NCBI GenBank assembly: GCA_040754495.1
Contig: JBFMCO010000022.1
Coordinates: 1-64,000 of the forward strand
Reading direction: 5' to 3'
Length of the DNA: 64,000 nucleotides
Source: Candidatus Micrarchaeota archaeon
GTDB lineage: Archaea; Micrarchaeota; Micrarchaeia; Anstonellales; Bilamarchaeaceae
Made by a program: the position numbers and the translations under genes. Below the pieces are notes generated by a model, which saw only the letters and a list, made by a program, of their open reading frames with translations, searched no databases and was not told where the DNA came from. Numbering within the stretch: the first letter of the stretch is position 1; the number at the start of each line of letters is the position of its first letter. Shown here in pieces: positions 29,101 through 38,100 of the stretch.

Positions 29101-32100
29101 AGGGCGAGGTTCCGGCCGAGGCCGGAAGCCCGGGCGCGTACCAGAACGGGGAGGGGAAGTGGGTCCGCCAGGAGGCGCAGCGCGGGGACGGTCCTGAAGG
29201 CATGGCTGCCATTAGCAGGATGCCAGGGTTCGCGGACTCGGAGCTCGTGAAGCACGCCATAGCGCAGGACGGGGTGAAGCCCGGCGCGAAGCCCGAGGAG
29301 CTCACCTGGAACGACTTGGTTGAGCAGGCGGTGAAGATGGGCGAGCTTCCGGACAGGCCGGAAGTCAGGCAGAACGCGTTCGCGGTGCCTATGGTGATAA
29401 ACGGGAAGCCCGAAATCGTGGTCAAGGTCATGTTCGGCAAGCCGCCGGCAGACGCGCTCGAGGTGCGCTCGGTCCTGCAATCAAGGGGAATTGGCGGGCA
29501 GGTAGCCGCGGATGCAATAAACCTTTACAAGATTTTCAATGGCGAGCAGGTGCCGCTCGAAGTCGCATCAAGATACATGGACGTCACGCTGCATGACCAG
29601 TACACGCGCATAAAGCAGGAGAAGATTGCCTCTGGGATGCCAGAGACGAAAGCCGATGCCGAGGCCCTCGTGGAGGTAGCCAAAAGCATGGCGCCCCGCG
29701 CCGGAGAGGGCGGGTTGGAAGCGGGCGGCCCGATATCTCAGGAGGGGGTGGAGCTCCTCAGGATGGCCGAGGGGAAGCTCGACCTCGTGGAGGGGCTGAC
29801 CGGGGCGGATGTCGCGAAGGCGACACTGGACTGGAGCCAGCCCAGGCTGGAGATGCTCAGGATTCTTACTGTTGAGGGAAGCCCGTACCGGGAGCGGTTC
29901 CTCGCAGCGGACCCGGCCGAGCGCGCGGTCATCGCGGACGCGATTGCAAGGGGCGCGACACCGGAGCGCGCGTTCCTCAAGGCGGCCGAGGGCATGGTGC
30001 CTGCGGATGGCCGAAAACTGCTTGAGGTGGGAGAGCGGCTGAAGGGGCTTCCCGAAGCAGAGAGGAATCTCAGGTTAAGAGACCTTGAATCGCTGAATCC
30101 GGCCCTCGGAAGGATGCTTAAGAGGCTGGCGGACCCTGCGACTCCGGAAACTGTGAAACAGGAGATTGCGGCCGAATGGGATTCGGCTGTTGCGGGCGCA
30201 GAGAGGCATAAGCGGGTCAATGAGGCGAGAGCGGCGCGGGACGCTGCGCAGCTTGCTGAGCAGGAGCTCGCCCTGCTGAAAGGGACGCCGGACGAGCAGG
30301 CCGCAGGACGCGTGCCGGCATGGATAGAGTCGGCCGCGAAGGCAAGGGGAAAGGACCCCGCGGCGCTCCATGAGGCGCTCGTGAAGGCATACGGAGAAGG
30401 CGGAACCGAAGGCAGGCTCAGGGTGCTTAACGAGCTGGGCGCGCTCGGCGGGATGCCTGAGGGGGTGCGCTCCACCTTCGTGCAGAACAGCCCGGAGTTC
30501 TTCGAGCTCATAGTGCGGGGCGGCCTTGAAGGCCGCGTGGCGGCGATGCCTGGATTCGAGGGCGGGATCATAGTCAATGCGGAGAAGCTCGAGGGGCTTC
30601 GCGGGGCGTACAAAATCGACGTGGAGATGCCGGACGGGTCAAAGCGCTCGCTGTTCGTGAAGGCCGAAGACCTGGTGCCGGCGCAGCTTGGAAGCGAGCT
30701 TGCCGGGGGGCATGGGCTTCTTCCGCCCGTGATACACGCGGCCGACGGACAGGGCATGCCCTTCACCTATGATACGGGGATAAGATACACGGACCCCGTC
30801 TCAGGGCAGGAGACGGCGCACATGCAGGAGTTCGGCATAATGGAGGACGTCCATGATTATGCGACAGCCAGGCACAGCGACGTCATCATGCTTCCGGACG
30901 GCAGGAGCGCGCAGGTTACCGTGGAGAGCGTGGCGGTCGTCTCCAGGGAGGTGTTCGCGGACCCGGCGAGGATGCAGGCGATACTAGCGGACGAGCATCA
31001 TCCCGCGCACAAGGTTGTCAAGGCGTTCTGGGAGCTTGCAAAAACAGAGGAGGGAAGGCAAAGGATTTTCCAGGCATGGCGGGCCTATCACGAGCTCTCG
31101 AGGAGGGCCATGCTCCTCGACCGGTTCGACAGGAACACGGTGGCAGTGCTCGTCACCACCCCGGAGGGAGAAAGCGTCCTCACGTTCCAGCCCATCGACA
31201 TGGACTATGTGGCGGGAAAGATAGGCTCGGACGGCGACCTTCGGTTCTTCAATGACGACTTCGCGTCAGCGAGCGTGGATTTTGCTACGAAGATTGCGGG
31301 GGCTGCGGGGGTTCCCGCAGAGACCGTCCTGGGAGAGATGGCGAAGGCGTACGGCTCTGACAGTGTGTTCCCGCGCGAAGCCGCGGACGAGAGGGCGGCC
31401 GCAGCGGCCTCGGTGCGCGCCACGCTGAACAAATACGACGGCAAGCCTTTCGGGGCCGGCTACGACGTCGAGGACTACGGCAAGACGATTGGAAAGGATT
31501 ACGTCGAATACGGCGGCAGGGACAGGATAGTCGGCCGGAGGGACGGCCGCGCGATTCTGCACGCCGGCGACATCACCCCGCTCGGCGAGCGGATAGGCGG
31601 GGCCGAGGCTGAGGCCGATTTCAGCAGGTTCAATCGGGAGAAGTTCGAGAGGATGGCAAAGCCGCTCGAAGAAGCGGCTCCGCCTCCGGCAGTGGAAGCG
31701 CAGCCGCCCGCCGGAGAGAAGACTCCGCCCGGAAAGCGCGGTGCCGGCAACGTAACGCCGCCGGCAAGGCCGGGTGCGATGCGGGGCGCGCCTGCAGGCG
31801 GGCCGAGAACCGTGCCGGGCAAACGGGGGGCCGGAGGCGGGGAGCCGGTTGCAGCGCCGGGCGGAAGGAGGAAGGTGGCAATCGGAGGCGGGGAGGTGGA
31901 GCTCGAGCCTGCGCCGGAAAGGGCTCCGGAGCTCGCCGCGATGAAGATAAGCGAGGACGAGCTTTCGCAGCTCGGCGTCTCATACCAGGGCCTTTATCAG
32001 GACGGCGCAGGGAGGAGGCTGAACGTATTCGAAACGGAGGCCGGGGGGGAGAGGAGGCTTGTCGCCATCCCGGCAGACCTCAGCGGGAAGGCGATGCTCG

Positions 32101-35100
32101 ATGCAATCGGGGCCGAGGTGCGCGCCCTGGGAAGGCCGACGGAACTGCCGCCGGAGCTGCGCGGCATGCCGCCGGACGTTTCGTCCCAGGTCGGGATGGA
32201 CGGGGCGCCAAAGGCAAGGCTGCTCTCGTCCGAGCCCCTGGGGCGCGGCTCGAGCGCGGACGTGTATCTTGCGGAAATGGTGATTGACGGAAGGCCGACC
32301 CGCGTCGCGGTGAAGATATACAAGAACCCGGAGGGAAACGGGACGTGGCAGGAGCGGGCAGAATATTTCGCGGACGAGGTGAGGAAAGCGAAGATCCTGG
32401 GCGATGCAGGCCTCGGCCCGAAGGTGTTCGGGATTGCCGATGCGGGCGGGAACATGGCTTTCGCGATGGAGGTCATCGAAGGCAAGCCGATGTACATAGA
32501 CGAGATGGCGCCCGGGCTCCGCGCGAAATACATCAATGAGGACACGTTCGCGCAGGTCCGGAAAATGTATGACGAGCTGATAGCCCACGGATACGAAATC
32601 GGCGATTTCGATTTCATGATATTGACCGAAGGGCCGAATGCCGGCAGGGTTGTGTTCCTGGACGCCGGGGCGCTGCGGGAGGTGCCGCGCGGCGCCCAGG
32701 GCGAGCCACGGCCAAGGTACGGCGACGGCGCGAAGAGGGCGGAGGGCGGGAGGCTTCAGGCTGAGGCCATGACCGCCATGGAATATTTCACGAAGATGGA
32801 CCGCGACGAGCTTGCCGCGGTAGCCGAGGTCTCGAAGGGCCTGCTCGGACAGGGCCATGTGGATTCGGACACCATGCGCCTGCTTGCGGTAAGATGGGGG
32901 AGCCGCGAGGGAAGGGCCAGGGCGATAGGAGAGTATATCACCAGTATCGCAGGGGCCGATGAGCAGAAGGCAAAGGCCACGTTCGACGCGCTGAAACGCA
33001 TCGAGGCGGAAACCGGCATACGGCTGCTGCCGGATGGCGCGAGGTTCGAGGACCTTGCAGCCAGGGCGGGGGAGGGCGAGATATCGGAGGCGGAAATCAT
33101 CGCGCCGATGTCAGGGGACGATTACCATGCCGCGCTCGCAGGGATGCGCACGCAGGCAGCACGCGAAAGCGTAGCGCTCCACTTCAGCGGAAGGGGCGAA
33201 ATCCCGGACGCGGCCACCTTCGAAAATGCTGCCATACTGGCCGATGAGGCGGCAGGCGCGAAGGTGCCGGAGCAGGGCCAGGCCGAGCTGTCCGTATATT
33301 ATGATGGGAACGGCAGGATAATCGGCATAGCGGATAACGAGCGGCTCTTCTACGGCGACCCCAAGGCGATAAATGACAAGACGCCGGAGGCGAAGGTCAG
33401 GGTGGACCTGGAGAGCGGCAGGATAGTCTCCATGGACGAGCGCGGCATGAAGAACCCGCTCCTTGCGGACCTGGTAGGGCTGAGGATACTTCCGGGCAAG
33501 GGAGCGGAGGGCGCAGGGCCCGGCGGAAGGGGCCCGCCACCGTTGCCCCCGATGAAAGTGCTTGACGAAGGCAGCATAGTTTCGGCTTATGCAAGCGGGA
33601 CAGGGCAGGCGCAGAGGACGAGGGCCGCCCGGTCGTTCGTGATGCTCGATGGCGAGGGGCAGGGGAGGGTGATATCGGAGCTGCGCTCCCAGGGCCGCCA
33701 TGAAGAGGCCAGGCATCTTACCGAGCTGCAGGCGATAGGTGGGGAAGCCGGCGCAGGCATCGAAAGGGTTTACGGAATCCCGAGGGACGAGATTATCACG
33801 ATATACGCGCGGGAGCCGACAGCCCAGGGCGCGAGGAAGGCGCTCGCGGAGAGGCTCGGCATCGTCATCCTGCCTTTCGAATGGGAGCATTATCCTGCGG
33901 ACAGGAGGCAGTGGGTGTCCGTCCCGTACCGGGATTTCAGGTCTTTCGAGGACGACCACTTCCTCTTCGGGCTCATTACCTCAGGGAACATGATTGACAC
34001 GGTCTCGCAGATGTATCCGGGAGGGAGGATAGCCTCCATAGAATACCATAACGGGGCGATAGGCGCTTACGAGGTCGCCATCAGGACGCAAAACGGGGAG
34101 ACGCGCACCGTTTTCGTGAAGAGGCAGGATTTGCGCCCGGATGCGGCCGGCTCGGACTACTCGGTCCGCTCAGGCGTCCCGGCTCCTGAGGTCATCACCA
34201 GCGCCGGAGGCAGGGAGCTTACTTACGTCGGCCCGGACGGGGAGGTCTCGCGCTACGGCATTATAACCAACATGAGGGATTTCGGGGGGATGATGAGGTT
34301 CGGGGGAGTCGAGGCGCAGGTCAGGGCTACGGACGAGACCGCGCTGTGGGACCTCGACAGGAGCCCCCTTGCCGGCTCGCTCATGTCTCAGGACCCGCAG
34401 GTGAGGGCGAAATTCTGGGAGGAGCTCGGCTACATGCTGGCAGGCTCTTACGCGACCGGGATATGGGACAGGCATGCGGGAAACGCGCGCGCGATGGTCC
34501 TCGAGGTGCAGAACGCGGACGCGCACACGAACCCCGCGGACCAATCATCACCGACAGTGGGCGAGGCGCTGTCGCAGAAGGGCTACTGGGTGTGGCAGCA
34601 GGACGGAAAGACGTACATGTTCATGATAGGCGGCATAGACACCGACACCGCGGCCAACTACCTTGCCGGCGAGGCGCACGGCAGCTTCGACATGACCGGC
34701 ATGAACATAAGGTACGGCTATGTCGACCTCCACAGCCTCTTTAACAGGCTAGCGACGATAAGAGGCACGAGCGTGGATGCGCTCGTCATGGAAGCCTTCG
34801 GCGATGTCAGCGGCGGTCAGGTGCCCGGCCCGGTCGCGATGGGCATGAAGAGGTGGTGGCGCGACTTCGGGAGCGACCCGCACTATGCCGATGAGATGGC
34901 CGGCCGGTTCTCCAGCCACGAAGGCGAGAGCATAGGCTTCGGATACCCCAGGACCGAGCAGGAGCTGGACGTGATAAGGCAGGGGGGCGTGCTCCATCAG
35001 GAGAATCCGCAGAACGGCGACCCTTACACCATCATCGCCTTCGCTGACGGCAGGTCTCGGATGAGGCCGGAATACGAGATAGTGCACCGTGAGGACATCG

Positions 35101-38100
35101 AAGCCCTCGACCCGCGCATAGCCGCGATGTTCCCTCCAGGGAGGGACATGTACGCCGTGGAGATAACCGGCGAGGTGCGGAAGGCCGTTCCGGACATAGA
35201 CAAGAGGACGAACCGCATCCGGACCTCGGACGGCAGGATGGTCGCGATAATAGACTCGGCCGACCCGCTCGCGAAAACGCTGCTCGACGGGGGAATTCCT
35301 ATGGTGAAGGCGAGGCGCGACATGCCCCGGCAGGGAGAAGTTGCCGTGGATGATGCGACCGGCATAATACGGGCCGCTCCAGGGTTCGGAAAGCTGACCG
35401 GAATCCAGGCCTACCAGGCCGGCCCGGTTCCGGTTTTCCGGGCGATGATGGGGGCAGGGGAGGGGTTCATGCTCGGGCAGTTCGCGCACATCGGCCATTA
35501 TATATTGGCCAAGGAAACGAGCGTGAGGGAAGCCGCGCAGGTTCCTGCCGGAGTGGTGGCCGGGGAGATAGAAGCGCCGGGAATAGAGCGCATGCCCGCC
35601 CCGGCGCAGGTGGAAGGGGTAAGGGGCGGGATGAGGGACCTGGTAGGGGCAGTCAGGTCCGGAGACGAGGGCAGGATAAGGGCCGCGGAAGCCGAGTACG
35701 ATAAGAGGCTCGGAGTGCTGGCCAGGCTAAGGCCAGATACGGAACTGAGGGTCGTGGAAAACGAGACGCTGTTCGCGGACCTGGCTCCAGGGGGGCAGGC
35801 ACAAGCGAAGGTGCTCGCGGCAGACTATCTCAGGAACAGGTCCGCAGGAAAGAAGCTTGACGGCGACCTGCTCGTCATCGACTACCTCGTATCGCATGGA
35901 ATGAACGCGGTGGATGCGGCTGCGGCAGTCGTGAATCTGGGGGGCGCCGGGAAGGCGCCTGCCCCTGTGACGCTTCCGCCGTACGTTGCCGAGCACTTCG
36001 GGACCAGGCAGCCTGACCCGGTCACGGCTGAAAACGCGCTGATTCTTGCCGGGGACAGGAATACGCTCGGAAGATTGGGCATACCGGACGGCCTTGGCAG
36101 GGTCCTGAAAAGCGAGGGCATGGCTGTCGTGTCCGAAGGAAAGAGGATGACCGAGGTGAGAGGCTATTACGATCTGGAGAGCGGCAGGATAATATACCTC
36201 GGCAGGACGGACGCGCCAAGGGAGGTCACGGCGGGAGGAGTGGAGTTCGTCCTCCGTTTCGACCATGAGAGCGGGAGGGTATCCATTCCGGAAAGCGAGG
36301 ACGTGCCGCTTCCGGATTCGATTGCCAGGCTGAACGGAATGCGCATTGCGCCCCCGCCCCAGGCAGTGCCGTTTGGCGTTTTCGGCATTTTCATGCCACT
36401 GTTCAAGTATTTCAGGAAGCCCCCGGCAGCCGCCCCGCAACCTGAGGCCGTGCCCATCAAGGTCCCGAGGTCCAGGAACGACATCCAGGGAAGGGCCGAG
36501 GGCATAAGGGGGCTGCCCCCGGACCAGCAGGCGCAGGAGCTTGCGGGGCTGCACGATGCCGTGGCCGCCGAGCATGGCGACGTTTATGCGAGGAATTACC
36601 GCGACATGATGGAGGAGCTGGTGAAGCATCCGGAGCATTCGGGCAGGATTCTCGACGAGTGGGAGGCGGTGAGGGCCGAGGAGAAGCATTACGAGGCGCT
36701 CGAGAGGGCGAGGAGGTATGCCTTCTCGGCCGCAGAGGGGTTCGGGATTGTCAGGGGGCAGGACAGGAAGCTCATATCAGGCGGAGAGTACGCGGCGGAC
36801 ATGGCACGCTCGAGGGGCGAGAAGCCCAAGGCATTCCGGAAACGGCTCCTCGAAGCGTATGATGCCGGGTTCAGGAGAGGAGGCGTGCTCGATGCGAGGC
36901 TCGGCGTGGCAAATTCGCTGGGTGTGCTCGACAATATAGTGGTAGAGTCGCGGCCGGGCGTCTTGGACGAAAAGAGGACGATGCAGGCGAGGAAGGAATT
37001 CATCAGGAAGAACCCGGAGTTCTTCGACCTAATCATGAGGGGCGGACTCGAGGAGGTCATCTCCGCGAACCTCGGGGCCGGCGACGTGAGAATCGCAGGA
37101 GTCTCGCACGCGGGCGGCATGGCGCGGGGCGCGTACGGCGTGGAGGTCCTCCTTCCGGACGGCAGGAGGAAGCGCGTGTTCGTGAAGCTGGAGGACCTCG
37201 GGCCTGCCGCGTTCGGGGCTGATTTGGCCAGAGTCGAGGGCATGATTGCGCCGAAAGTCTTCACTGCGGATTCGCAGGGAAGGCCGCTCTCGTATGACGT
37301 GAGCTACAAGGACCCCATCGGAAAGAGGATGGTGAGCGGCCAGAGGCGCTTTGGCATCATGCTGGATGTCCGCGACACGGTAGGGCAGAAGGCCAGGGTG
37401 AGGACCGCGGACGGGAGGTTCAGGGAGATAACGGTCACGAGCGTGGCGCTCGTTGGCGACGACATCTTCAATGCCAGGTCGCTTGACGGGATACCCCAGC
37501 CCTCCAGGGCCGCCGCGGAGGACTTCTGGACCGCAATGGGAAGCGAGGGCGGGCGCGAGGAGATGTTCAGGACGTGGTACGCGTACCAGGAGATGTCAAG
37601 GCGGGCCACCCTCAGCGACAGGCACACCGGGAATTCGATGTACGTCATCGGCGTGACGTCGGATGGCGAGACCGTGAGGACGTTCCAGCCCATAGACCCG
37701 GACGATATCGGAGCCAAGGTCGAGGCCAGGCCGGAGGGCATGAACTTCAGCGAGTTCAACGATTTTTCCGCGCTCTACACGTCGAATTTCGTGAACGGCC
37801 TGTACCTCGCGTCGGATAACGCCGCGAGCCTCGGCCTGCTCAAATCCCCGATCAACCGCGCGCAAGCGAGCAGGGCAGCATCGAGCGACGCCGCGATGTC
37901 AGGGTGGAGGCTTCCGGAAGACCCCGGGTGGGTGAGGTCCGCGGCTGAGTTCATAATCATGGATTACGATGGCAAGCCGTTCGGCCTCGGAACGGACATG
38001 ACGATAGGCGGGCACGGCTCGTACATAAAATACCATGCCGGCAGGAGGAGGGCGGCAGGCTACGACGGCCGCGTCCGGATGTACTCGGACGAGATGCTGG

